Source: Candidatus Saccharimonadota bacterium (GTDB taxonomy: Bacteria > Patescibacteriota > Saccharimonadia > CAILAD01 > GCA-016700035). From it: 64,000 bases of DNA. The position numbers and the translations under genes are program-made. Position 1 is the first letter of the stretch, and the number at the start of each line of letters is the position of its first letter. The notes below the pieces were generated by a model. It was not told the origin of the DNA and ran no database searches. It worked only from the letters and a program-made list of their open reading frames with translations. Shown one piece after another: positions 20,464 through 29,124 of the stretch. The stretch spans positions 480,823-544,822 of the forward strand of contig JAXLZV010000001.1 in assembly GCA_046350755.1 (NCBI GenBank), written 5' to 3'.

Positions 20464-20534
20464 AAGCTTTATTGTAGCGGCTTTTTCACAAAGCGGCGAT
20501 GGTCAACCGAGCAGCGGGGAGTAGCGAGGATATA

Positions 20535-20849
20535 CTAAACGTCGATAACGTCGTTACTGGAGCTCTTGCCAGTAGAATACTTGCGATAGGCGTTTCCGCC
20601 GTAAGCACTCAAGTCCACAATCAGCGCCAAGATGATCCAAATCCAACCAAAGGCGCTGATTTGACCTGTCAACGGATTGACCGCAAAGATGTAGATGAGA
20701 GTCGTAAATGGCAGAAAGAGAAAGCCCAAGAGCGGTAGGAAGATGCCATTATCAAAAACCAAGTCCCAGCGTGTTCGATTAAAGACCCAGACCAAAAACA
20801 CGACCAGGCGCGGCGAAATCATTGTTAGCAATAAAATAATACAACCCAT
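20535..20849 (-). CDS. small hypothetical membrane protein
   Basis: 104 aa with 3 hydrophobic segments and no recognisable family. Confidence 0.35.
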   Translation of the reverse strand: MGCIILLLTMISPRLVVFLVWVFNRTRWDLVFDNGIFLPLLGFLFLPFTTLIYIFAVNPLTGQISAFGWIWIILALIVDLSAYGGNAYRKYSTGKSSSNDVIDV

Positions 20850-20933
20850 AACATAACTCCTTATTTGCGCACATTATATACCCATTTATTAAAAAGTGCG
20901 CACATTTCTCTATACTCAGCGTATAATCACACT

Positions 20934-21395
20934 ATGATAGAAAGCTTACTCAACGCCCTGCTTCAGATCCTTCTCAGCGTTGGACTGACCCTGATTATCG
21001 CCTACTGCGTGTATATGTTTGGTTTGTCGCTGGTGTTTCGTCGGCTCGGCACAAAAGCTTGGCCAGCCTATGTCCCAGCCTATAACTATCTGGTACTCAT
21101 TCGAGTCCTTGGGCTACCAAAGTCCTGGCAGGCTGTAGCCTTTGTGCCTTACGTCGGCCAGATTTACTCGGTAGCGATTGGTATTCGGCTAGGTAAAATC
21201 TTTGGTAAAGGAATAGCCTTCTCATCCTTCTGGCTCACCCTGGGGGCACCGATCGGCATGATTGTCCTGGCTTTCTCGCGCAAACCGCTCGATATGTCGG
21301 TCATTAAAGAACCGGCTCCTCACATCGACACAAAGAAGCTCCAAAAAGCTATGCAGGGAAAAAAGAAGGCTAAAGTTACCCTGCCGACAGATTAG
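20934..21395 (+). CDS. hypothetical membrane protein
   Basis: Start refined to MIESLL at 20934. 4 TM segments and a Lys-rich C-terminus. Confidence 0.4.
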   Translation: MIESLLNALLQILLSVGLTLIIAYCVYMFGLSLVFRRLGTKAWPAYVPAYNYLVLIRVLGLPKSWQAVAFVPYVGQIYSVAIGIRLGKIFGKGIAFSSFWLTLGAPIGMIVLAFSRKPLDMSVIKEPAPHIDTKKLQKAMQGKKKAKVTLPTD

Positions 21396-21397
21396 TT

Positions 21398-21811
21398 TTA
21401 GAGATTAAATGGTTTGGTTGGAGCAGTAATCAGCTCCGGATGCGCCTGCCAGTCAACCCCCGGCACATCAACATAGAGCTCGATTTGATTCCCATCCGGA
21501 TCAGTAATGTACAGACTATGCGTTACAGTGTGGTCTGACATACCGGTCAGCGTAATATCGTACTGAGCGATGACCTGCAGTGCAGCGCGCAAGTCATCAT
21601 CGCTGTCGCCAATCTTGAGTCCAAAATGATAGAGACCAGCTCGATGACCGCGGCTAGCTGGAGCCGCAGATTTGCCAATCTCAATTAATAAAAGCTCGTG
21701 ATGCGTGCGCCCGCTCGAAAAGGCTGCGGCCGGCATCCCAGCTGGCATCGGCAAAGACTGCCAACCTAGCAACTGGCCATAAAACTCGGCCGAGCGCTCA
21801 AGCTCTCGCAC
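21398..21811 (-). CDS. VOC/glyoxalase-bleomycin resistance family protein
   Basis: GLYHFGLKIGDSDDD and HSLYITDPDGNQIELY are the paired beta-alpha-beta-beta-beta VOC motifs. Confidence 0.7.
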   Translation of the reverse strand: MRELERSAEFYGQLLGWQSLPMPAGMPAAAFSSGRTHHELLLIEIGKSAAPASRGHRAGLYHFGLKIGDSDDDLRAALQVIAQYDITLTGMSDHTVTHSLYITDPDGNQIELYVDVPGVDWQAHPELITAPTKPFNL

Positions 21812-21871
21812 GTACAGTACGATATGCCCAAGCTCTCGGACGCGAATTTGTGGACGAGATGCGGAAATTCC

Positions 21872-22282
21872 CTACTCCAACTCGGCGGCGGCTTCTTTGC
21901 CGTGTACGACCAGAGCGTAGATAACGAGTGCGCTTACTACGACCATGATGACCGACCAGATTGGATAAACCGGTATAAAAGCAAAGTTGGCGATTAAGGC
22001 CAATGCCGCAATCAGGACGCCCACTACTCGTCCCCACATCTTACCGGCCATCACCGCGCCACCTGCGAACAGCAGGATAATACCAATAAACAGATGGATC
22101 CAGCCCCAAGTTGTTACATCTACGATCCAGAGTCTTTCTACTCCGAGAACATACAGTTGATCATTCACAAGTGCGACAGTACCAGCAATCAGCTGGAAAA
22201 TCGCCTCAATGATCATAAAAATACCAGCAAAGTAGACCCAGCCTACCCAGCCGGAGACATCAGTTGCACTTTTAGTTGCCAT
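21872..22282 (-). CDS. small membrane protein (4 TM)
   Basis: 136 aa, hydrophobic, no recognisable family. Confidence 0.4.
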   Translation of the reverse strand: MATKSATDVSGWVGWVYFAGIFMIIEAIFQLIAGTVALVNDQLYVLGVERLWIVDVTTWGWIHLFIGIILLFAGGAVMAGKMWGRVVGVLIAALALIANFAFIPVYPIWSVIMVVVSALVIYALVVHGKEAAAELE

Positions 22283-22368
22283 CTAAAACCTCCACACAGT
22301 TAATTATTCCTACCTCTATTATACTCCCCCTATTCAAGCAGAAACATATTTTTATAAAGTTGCAACCC

Positions 22369-24099
22369 CTAATGTGATTTGTGCTTGGCGGCGACAAGGG
22401 CAGGCAAAGATATTTCAAATTCTTTTGTATAGGCTCGATAGGCCTGGCCAAGCGTTGAGTAATGTGGGCAATGGCGTAGTGCTGACTCTACATTTGTACC
22501 GCGTAATGTATCTCTAGCTGGCCCCTTGAGACGAGCCACCACAAACACTATCCGACGGTCACGGACTTCAGCTATCACCGACCGCAGCACCTCGCCTGCC
22601 GTCGAATCTAAACTCGTGATCGTCTCACAGTCCCAAACAAACCAACGGACAGGACCTTCGTGCTTATCTATCAATTCAAATACGCGATCACGAAAGAAAT
22701 TGGCATTCCCAAAATACAGCGGAGCATCAAAGCGATACATGACGATACCTGGCGTCGCAACCGTCTTTGGCGGCCGACTACGATCACGGTAGCTTTTCCC
22801 ATCAACCGTCACCTGCAGCTCGGCATCATTCGGAAACGCACTGCGCCGTACCAGATTTAAAATCGCGAGAAATATTGCCACTGCCAGTCCTGGCAGGATA
22901 CCAAATGCCGCTACGCCGATGGCAGTTATGATCGTCAAGATAGCCTCACTACGCCAGCCTCGCCAGATATTCTTCAACTCACCAAAATCAAACAGCCGAA
23001 ACGCAGCCAGCACTACAATCACTGCCAGCACCGCCCGCGGAATATACTTGAGAAATCCAGAAAATGCCACTAGCACCAGTCCAATAATGAGCGCTCCATA
23101 AATCTGTGACCATTGTGAATGCGCACCCATATCGTCATTGACAGCCGTACGAGTGCCACTCGCCGAAACCGGTAGCGCACCAAACGCACCAGTAGCCAGA
23201 TTTGCCACTCCCAGCGCAGTCAACTCTGCCTCAGTATCGATCGATTCTTTATGCTTCGCGGCAAACGATCGGGCGGTAGCTACCGTATCCGCAAAACCAA
23301 TCAGTGCCATCGCTAACGCCGAAAACAACAGATCCCGAGCTTCGTCCCAGCCAAAGCTTGGTGTATTCACGGCCGGAAGTCCAGCCGGAACGTCGCCGAC
23401 GGTCTTAATGCCAATGTGTGTGAAACCAATCCACGCCGAAGCAACAGTAGCCAGTACGAGCAGGATAACTGGTGACGGAACCTTCGGTGCAAACTTGCGC
23501 AACAGTAGGGCCACAATAATCAACAGCAGACTCAGCAATAAGGTAGCGGCATGAATTTTCCCGAAGTTACTCACCGTATTGACCACGTTCTCTAGAGCAT
23601 TCTCACCGCCAAAAGACAGCCCCAGCATCTTTGGAACTTGGTCAGTAATAATCACAATCGCGATACCAAACATATAGCCGAGTAAAATCGGCCGTGACAA
23701 AAACTCGGCCAAAAAATGCAATCGCAATCCAGCACCAATCAGTGAAAATATGCCGATCAAAATCGCTAGTACCGCTACTAAAACCGTCGACCGCCCGATA
23801 TCTGCGCCGGCCAGCGGTAAGACAGCCGCCCCTGCCATGGCTGACATCGCGGTATCTGGACCAACAATCATACGTGGCGTCGAGGTAAATAGGGCATACA
23901 CCAACATAGCGACCAGCGCAGCATACAGTCCGGCAACTACTTCAGTCCGGGCTAAAACGGTGTAGGCCATGCCTTGCGGTATGGCGATAGCCGCTACCGT
24001 AGCACCAGCTAAGAGATCAACTTGCCAACCTCGATTGCGCCAAGTCTTCAGGAATTTCCCTGGTCGAGTGAATAATGCCGAGACCTTCTCCATACCCAC
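22369..24099 (-). CDS. SulP family anion (sulfate/bicarbonate) transporter with C-terminal STAS domain
   Basis: 576 aa. N-terminal SulP signature region, about 11 TM helices and a C-terminal STAS-like domain. Confidence 0.85.
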   Translation of the reverse strand: MGMEKVSALFTRPGKFLKTWRNRGWQVDLLAGATVAAIAIPQGMAYTVLARTEVVAGLYAALVAMLVYALFTSTPRMIVGPDTAMSAMAGAAVLPLAGADIGRSTVLVAVLAILIGIFSLIGAGLRLHFLAEFLSRPILLGYMFGIAIVIITDQVPKMLGLSFGGENALENVVNTVSNFGKIHAATLLLSLLLIIVALLLRKFAPKVPSPVILLVLATVASAWIGFTHIGIKTVGDVPAGLPAVNTPSFGWDEARDLLFSALAMALIGFADTVATARSFAAKHKESIDTEAELTALGVANLATGAFGALPVSASGTRTAVNDDMGAHSQWSQIYGALIIGLVLVAFSGFLKYIPRAVLAVIVVLAAFRLFDFGELKNIWRGWRSEAILTIITAIGVAAFGILPGLAVAIFLAILNLVRRSAFPNDAELQVTVDGKSYRDRSRPPKTVATPGIVMYRFDAPLYFGNANFFRDRVFELIDKHEGPVRWFVWDCETITSLDSTAGEVLRSVIAEVRDRRIVFVVARLKGPARDTLRGTNVESALRHCPHYSTLGQAYRAYTKEFEISLPALVAAKHKSH

Positions 24100-24142
24100 T
24101 TATTGTAGTGCTGGTAAAGCGTTTATGCTACAAAATCGACAG

Positions 24143-24343
24143 TTAGTTGCCAAAAATATTGAAAATATTTGCCAGCCAAAACATTGCAAACGTTAGTGGC
24201 ACAAAAATTATGAAGGCAATAATGATCACCCATATCAGCGTGCGATGCTTCTCACCGAAAGTTGGGCCGTAATCATCACTCTCAACCACGTTCTCGTGAT
24301 GATGCTCTTTTTGCTCATGCTTAGCGTGGGAATTCTTACTCAT
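24143..24343 (-). CDS. small membrane peptide
   Basis: Start refined to MSKNSHAKHEQ. His/Glu-rich N-terminus followed by one TM helix. Confidence 0.3.
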   Translation of the reverse strand: MSKNSHAKHEQKEHHHENVVESDDYGPTFGEKHRTLIWVIIIAFIIFVPLTFAMFWLANIFNIFGN

Positions 24344-24386
24344 GGCTTCATGATACCAGAGTGCACTATTTCGTGTTGGCAAAAAG

Positions 24387-25922
24387 TCATTTTGTAGCCC
24401 CCACAAACGCATCATCACCGAAGTACTTTTTTATCCGAGCCCGTACCCCGCCTGGCTGTCGACCAAGCTCAGCGCTGATATCATCGACGCTTTGTCCAGC
24501 TTCATGCATGGCTTTGAGCTTAGCATCATCTTCTGTTTTCCAGGGCCGAAAGGCTTGCGGATACGTCTTGCGCATTTCGGCCACGCGTTCAGACCAGTCA
24601 GACTTTGGCTTGGTAGCCTCATCAAGCTCTGGCGCAACGGCTCGACGGGCCGCCGCCGGGCGCAAGTGGACGAAGCGCTCTGCATCAACCGCTGAACGGG
24701 CCCGCAATTCAGCATCAATCTCAAGCGCAGCTGGACTGACTTTAATGGCCATTGAGTTTATGCCAGTTAAGCTGAGTGTACCTAGGCTACGGACACGCGA
24801 TAAGGCGACATAACCCATGCCTTCGACAAAGGCCCGCCGCAAATCTATTCGGGCTGCATCCAGCGTCATACCCTGACTTTTATGTACCGTAATCGCCCAC
24901 GCTAATCGCAAGGGAATCTGCATGAGGGCGGCACGTTTTTTATCGCCATCCCGCAACTCCCAGCTAGTTGGCTCAAGGGTGATCGTCCGTCCATCGCGCA
25001 GCTCAACTACTGGGTAGCCAGTCTCGTCTTCAAAATCTTTCACAAAACCCAATGATCCGTTCACATACTTTTTATCCGGACTATTCTTAATGCACATTAC
25101 CAGCGCCCCTTTTTTGAGAACCAGCTGCTCGACCGCCAAACATGATCGCTTCAGAGTGTCGACATAATTTGCTTTGCCTGTCGTCTCCATCGCAAAAACG
25201 TGTGGTACCTCATCGAGCTCGGCTAGCTTGCGAGCGTTCATCGCGTCAACATCGACATTAGTAGTATGGAGCTCGGTCACCTCGTTCCCATAACCGAGCT
25301 CGGCGTGCTGCTGCTCCAGCAAGCGCTCAACGTGCCCTCGCCGCACATCGCCGGCACGCATGGCATTCAAAATCGAGAGATACTCAGTGTCTTGCTGACG
25401 ATGCTGCTCGTCTAAGTAGCAAATTACCGGGTTAAGACTCTGCCAGGCTTCAGAATTCACGACAAATCCCCCTTCGCGCTCACCGCTGCGATTGATTGGA
25501 GGCAGCTGAAAAAAATCTCCACAGAGAATCACCTGCAAACCTCCAAAGGCCGCATCATTGTTGCGAACTTTTCGGGTTATTTCGTCAATCAAGTCGAGCC
25601 GATAGTCGTGTAGCATCGAGACTTCGTCAATGATTAGTACGTCAGCTGCCTCAATCGTATCTTTACGTGATTGAGCCAGCGATTCGACAAAGCGTGGCGG
25701 CAGTACATTATGTATCCCCATGCCCGTCCATGAGTGAATCGTCGTGCCACCAAGATGTGTGGCGGCAAGGCCGGTCGTCGCCGTCACTGCGACAGTCTTA
25801 CCGCTGCGTTTTGCCGCCCGAATAAACTTATTGAGCACATAGGTCTTCCCAGAGCCAGCGGCACCGGTCAGCAATACGCTCTCGCCTGACAACATGATTT
25901 CGAGGGCTAATGATTGATTCAT
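24387..25922 (-). CDS. PIF1/RecD-family SF1B helicase with a C-terminal helical extension
   Basis: Walker A GAAGSGKTY, Walker B LIIDEVSM, motif III ILCGDFFQLPPI and motif VI-like TVHKSQGMT. About 90 extra C-terminal residues. Confidence 0.8.
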   Translation of the reverse strand: MNQSLALEIMLSGESVLLTGAAGSGKTYVLNKFIRAAKRSGKTVAVTATTGLAATHLGGTTIHSWTGMGIHNVLPPRFVESLAQSRKDTIEAADVLIIDEVSMLHDYRLDLIDEITRKVRNNDAAFGGLQVILCGDFFQLPPINRSGEREGGFVVNSEAWQSLNPVICYLDEQHRQQDTEYLSILNAMRAGDVRRGHVERLLEQQHAELGYGNEVTELHTTNVDVDAMNARKLAELDEVPHVFAMETTGKANYVDTLKRSCLAVEQLVLKKGALVMCIKNSPDKKYVNGSLGFVKDFEDETGYPVVELRDGRTITLEPTSWELRDGDKKRAALMQIPLRLAWAITVHKSQGMTLDAARIDLRRAFVEGMGYVALSRVRSLGTLSLTGINSMAIKVSPAALEIDAELRARSAVDAERFVHLRPAAARRAVAPELDEATKPKSDWSERVAEMRKTYPQAFRPWKTEDDAKLKAMHEAGQSVDDISAELGRQPGGVRARIKKYFGDDAFVGATK

Positions 25923-25961
25923 AGACCTTCTAGTATACAGGTTCGAAGGCCATCGATGCGT

Positions 25962-25970
25962 CTGCTATAA
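25962..25970 (+). promoter_or_regulatory. extended -10 promoter element (TGcTATAAT)
   Basis: TGCTATAAT lies about 38 nt upstream of the ATG at 26008. Confidence 0.4.
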
Positions 25971-26007
25971 TCACGCTTAAGCGTACCTAGAAATCAGGGG
26001 GGTAGAC

Positions 26008-26805
26008 ATGACAGACCCAGAGGTTCAGCCAGACAATGTCCCGGCTAGCAGTAGCTCGGTCGTGGCTGTTCGATGGCAGTATGGACCGCAGCCATCGTTC
26101 TACTACTTCGTCCGCCGACTGCTCAAGATCGTGTTCGCACCGCTCTATCGCTGGGAGGTCAACGGCTATGAGCATGTGCCGATCGAGCGAACTGTCAGTT
26201 CAGAGCCAGGCCTCGACACCATCGAGGCCAAGCCGGTGCCGATGATCATCGCGCCCAATCACAGCTCGATGCTCGATGTTTTCGCCGTCGGCTTGGTGAT
26301 GCCACGACCTCAGACTTGGATGGGCAAAGCTCCGGTCATGAAGTATCGATTGCTGGCAGCCATCTTCCGACGACTGGGAGCTATTCCAGTCCTGCGCAAG
26401 CAAGATCTCGAGCGGCAACACGAGTTTCGTGAGGCTCACGATCCCGAGGTTGCACTCGTGTTGATGGAGCCGCATCTCGAAGCCGGATATGCAGCCGTCA
26501 TCTTTCCGGGCGGCACACGTCGGCATGGCGGCGAGAAGGGTGAGATCAAGACGGGTGCTGCCCGATTGGCACTCAAGACCGGAGTCATCATTCTGCCATA
26601 CGGCATCGCCGGCATCGACAAGGCTGAGCTGCGGCGTCGATCAGCGTGGCCACCTTTTCGTCGCCGGGTGGTCTGCCATATCGGTGAGCCGATCGATCCA
26701 GCTCACTTTCGGCACCATGCCGATCCGGTACGAGCCCTCACTGCCACCCTTGGCGAATCGCTCGAAGCCTGTCGACTGGCAGCCTACGAGCAGCTGCAAG
26801 GCTAA
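26008..26805 (+). CDS. 1-acyl-sn-glycerol-3-phosphate acyltransferase-like (PlsC family)
   Basis: The H-x4-D acyltransferase motif (NHSSMLD) and a FPGGTR motif are present. Confidence 0.75.
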   Translation: MTDPEVQPDNVPASSSSVVAVRWQYGPQPSFYYFVRRLLKIVFAPLYRWEVNGYEHVPIERTVSSEPGLDTIEAKPVPMIIAPNHSSMLDVFAVGLVMPRPQTWMGKAPVMKYRLLAAIFRRLGAIPVLRKQDLERQHEFREAHDPEVALVLMEPHLEAGYAAVIFPGGTRRHGGEKGEIKTGAARLALKTGVIILPYGIAGIDKAELRRRSAWPPFRRRVVCHIGEPIDPAHFRHHADPVRALTATLGESLEACRLAAYEQLQG

Positions 26806-26812
26806 TGCCAGC

Positions 26813-26880
26813 CTACCCTGCCTCATCCCGAGGCAGGGTACATTATTGCTCACTATAAAAAATGCCCTCAGAAAACCATA
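26813..26880 (+). terminator. two consecutive stem-loops downstream of the acyltransferase gene
   Basis: CCCTGCCTCATCCCGAGGCAGGG followed by CCTCAGAAAACCATATGTTTCCTGAGG. The flanks are A/T-poor, so intrinsic-terminator strength is uncertain. Confidence 0.35.
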
Positions 26881-26898
26881 TGTTTCCTGAGGACATAT

Positions 26899-27075
26899 CT
26901 ACCAGGTGCGTCGGCGCGGCTGCTCATTCCACTGAAAGCGCGGGCAGAGCGACTTCGTGCTGTCATAACTACGAGCTTGGTCGCACTTTCGACAGCGGCC
27001 ATCGCCGTTCCGGTGTGCTGAAACGGGATGACCACAGGTGCAGACATCTTCTGTCCAAGACTGTGGCTCAGCCAT
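26899..27075 (-). CDS. small Cys-rich zinc-ribbon-like protein (58 aa)
   Basis: Start refined to MAEPQSW. Reads C-x-C-x14-C-x2-C (CTCGHPVSAHRNGDGRCRKC). Overlaps the 3' end of the upstream membrane-protein gene by about 8 nt, which suggests coupling. Confidence 0.3.
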   Translation of the reverse strand: MAEPQSWTEDVCTCGHPVSAHRNGDGRCRKCDQARSYDSTKSLCPRFQWNEQPRRRTW

Positions 27076-27382
27076 TATCTCGCTCCAACCACCTGTACTC
27101 GCGCTCCAGTCGCCGCTCCTCACGGTCGGCCTCGATACGCATGCGCAGATATTCGTTCGCCGGACCAGCGAACAGAATAGCCGCACTCACGAAGGCTGCA
27201 GCAATGACGATGTAGCCGACGGCATTCTCGAGCGAGACCTGCTGCTCACCAGTGTAGTTGGCGACCAACAGCCCCAGCATCAACGCAGCTGAAGCCCACA
27301 CGGCAATGATCGCGAGTAGATCGAAGAAGTTCAGTGAGCCAAACGGCTTGTCGTCTGTGTCAGGCTCTTCTCGATTTTTCAT
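27068..27382 (-). CDS. small membrane protein (2 TM) with an Arg/Glu-rich C-terminal helix
   Basis: Start refined to MKNREEP at 27382, which has a GAGAAAGG RBS. Confidence 0.4.
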   Translation of the reverse strand: MKNREEPDTDDKPFGSLNFFDLLAIIAVWASAALMLGLLVANYTGEQQVSLENAVGYIVIAAAFVSAAILFAGPANEYLRMRIEADREERRLEREYRWLERDNG

Positions 27383-27460
27383 GATGGGGCCTTTCTCTAG
27401 AAGGTACGCTGCATCGATTATGCCAGAGTGTCGATGTTTTTCAAGGACAAGCAATATAGG

Positions 27461-28156
27461 CTAGGCGAGATCAAATAGGATAAATTCGGACTTCTCCCGG
27501 GCCTTGACCTGCAGGTTCGGGAGATGTTCAGCGACGATCGCATCACCAGCTTGAACTAGTATAGTATTCACCTCTAACTTACCGGTGATAATTTGCAGCC
27601 AAGCGCCACGACCTGTTTGTATCGCGTGTTCGACTGCTTCTTCAGCGCCCAAAATACTAGCATATAGACGCGTGTCTTGTCGGAGCTGAATCGGCGCGTC
27701 CGCTTCGCCACTCGCAATAAGCTTAAGGGTATTATGTTTGGCATCATTAGTGATACTCACCTGTCCGTAGCGCGGCTTGGCATCGCGCACATTCGGCACG
27801 ATCCAGATCTGCAGGAGGTGGGCTGCCTCAGACCGAGAATGATTAAATTCACTATGCTCCACGCCTGAACCGGCCGACATATATTGCACATCGCCGGCCC
27901 GGATCACCGAACCATTCCCCATACTATCCTTGTGTTCTAGAGCACCCGAGACAACATAGGTAAGGATCTCCATATTGTTATGAGCGTGCATCGGAAAACC
28001 ACCGCCACCGGCGATACGATCTTCATTGATGACGCGTAAGCTCCGAAAACCCATCCTCCGAGGGTCATAATACTGCGCAAATGAAAAGCTATGCCAAGTA
28101 TCGAGCCAGTCATGATCGGCATGACCCCGCTCTTGAGACCGTCGGATGCTAAGCAT
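27461..28156 (-). CDS. pirin family cupin protein
   Basis: FPMHAHNNMEILTYVVSGALEHKDSMGN is the pirin N-terminal cupin metal-binding motif. 231 aa. Confidence 0.85.
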   Translation of the reverse strand: MLSIRRSQERGHADHDWLDTWHSFSFAQYYDPRRMGFRSLRVINEDRIAGGGGFPMHAHNNMEILTYVVSGALEHKDSMGNGSVIRAGDVQYMSAGSGVEHSEFNHSRSEAAHLLQIWIVPNVRDAKPRYGQVSITNDAKHNTLKLIASGEADAPIQLRQDTRLYASILGAEEAVEHAIQTGRGAWLQIITGKLEVNTILVQAGDAIVAEHLPNLQVKAREKSEFILFDLA

Positions 28157-28185
28157 TTTTCATATTACCAACTACGCCGCCTCAG

Positions 28186-28503
28186 CTATCGACCCGGCTG
28201 GTCGCTTGCACCGTTTATTTGAGTAGGGTCAGGCGCTGATTGTTGTTCTTTTTTCTCCAGATTCACAGTAGTGTCGGCTTTGATCTCCGCACTAGCCGAT
28301 GGCCGTTCTGATCGGCTGACCACCAAGCTAATCCGGTACCGAAAAAGCGGCAAAGTTACGACCCTCAGATGATGCAAAAATGTATAATGATTCGTTGGAT
28401 TTTCTGCCGCTAAAGGTGCGCGGTGGCGGCGCCAATCCCAGACCACGTAGATAAAGGCAGCGACCAGGCCAAGCGGTATTGGTAGAAGGTAATACGGCAG
28501 CAT
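28186..28503 (-). CDS. hypothetical protein
   Basis: 105 aa with an N-terminal hydrophobic segment. Weak call. Confidence 0.25.
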   Translation of the reverse strand: MLPYYLLPIPLGLVAAFIYVVWDWRRHRAPLAAENPTNHYTFLHHLRVVTLPLFRYRISLVVSRSERPSASAEIKADTTVNLEKKEQQSAPDPTQINGASDQPGR

Positions 28504-28560
28504 AACTTATATTGTACAGCTTCTCAGGTTGCTATACAGAATAAAGCAGCCGTGCTTCGC

Positions 28561-28995
28561 CTAGCTCTTATAAACGATGCGAGTGGCGGCGCCGTCTTGC
28601 CCAACAAATACAGTTACTTTATCACCCTTTTTGAGGCTGGTAACTGGTAGTGTTTCTGTTTTGCGCGTCAGCTTGGTCTTGTCACTAATCGTAATCTTCT
28701 CAGTTTTCTCTGGAGTCTTGACTTCAATCGAACTTTTGCTAACCGCAATTACTTCACCCGTCTTGTACTTTGGAATGAACTGATTGCCGTTCGGAATATT
28801 TGAGAATGGATTAGTATTGGCCTTCTTGGCGACCTCCATGCCATGCTTTTCGCCCTTTTTGTAGCCGCCGTAATAGGCCCCTCCGATGGCGGCAACTACC
28901 AAAATGGCACTCACTACACTCAATATCAGCTTTTTACTGACCGTTTTCCTTTTTTTTGGACCACTTGCACTATGATCATTCACAATATCATTCAT
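28561..28995 (-). CDS. secreted/membrane-anchored Lys-rich protein (DUF5666-like)
   Basis: N-terminal TM anchor and a C-terminal beta-rich domain ending KGDKVTVFVGQDGAATRIVYKS. Confidence 0.4.
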   Translation of the reverse strand: MNDIVNDHSASGPKKRKTVSKKLILSVVSAILVVAAIGGAYYGGYKKGEKHGMEVAKKANTNPFSNIPNGNQFIPKYKTGEVIAVSKSSIEVKTPEKTEKITISDKTKLTRKTETLPVTSLKKGDKVTVFVGQDGAATRIVYKS

Positions 28996-29124
28996 GATCT
29001 ACTCCGTTTCTTACAAACCTATATGCAACACCCCTATGCGGAGCACTGTTCATAAGCATTATATAGCAGAACTATAGTTTTTTCATTCAAAGACAGAACA
29101 GGGCCATAATGCATTAGTATAAGA

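Noticed and set aside
22526-23965. Several plus-strand ORFs (22526-22792, 23138-23554, 23750-23965)
   Set aside because: They are antisense to the SulP transporter gene, which has strong family signatures.
26862-27215. 117-aa plus-strand Arg/Ser-rich ORF
   Set aside because: It is a low-complexity translation overlapping two better-supported minus-strand small genes (the zinc-ribbon and the 2-TM protein). It is probably not coding.
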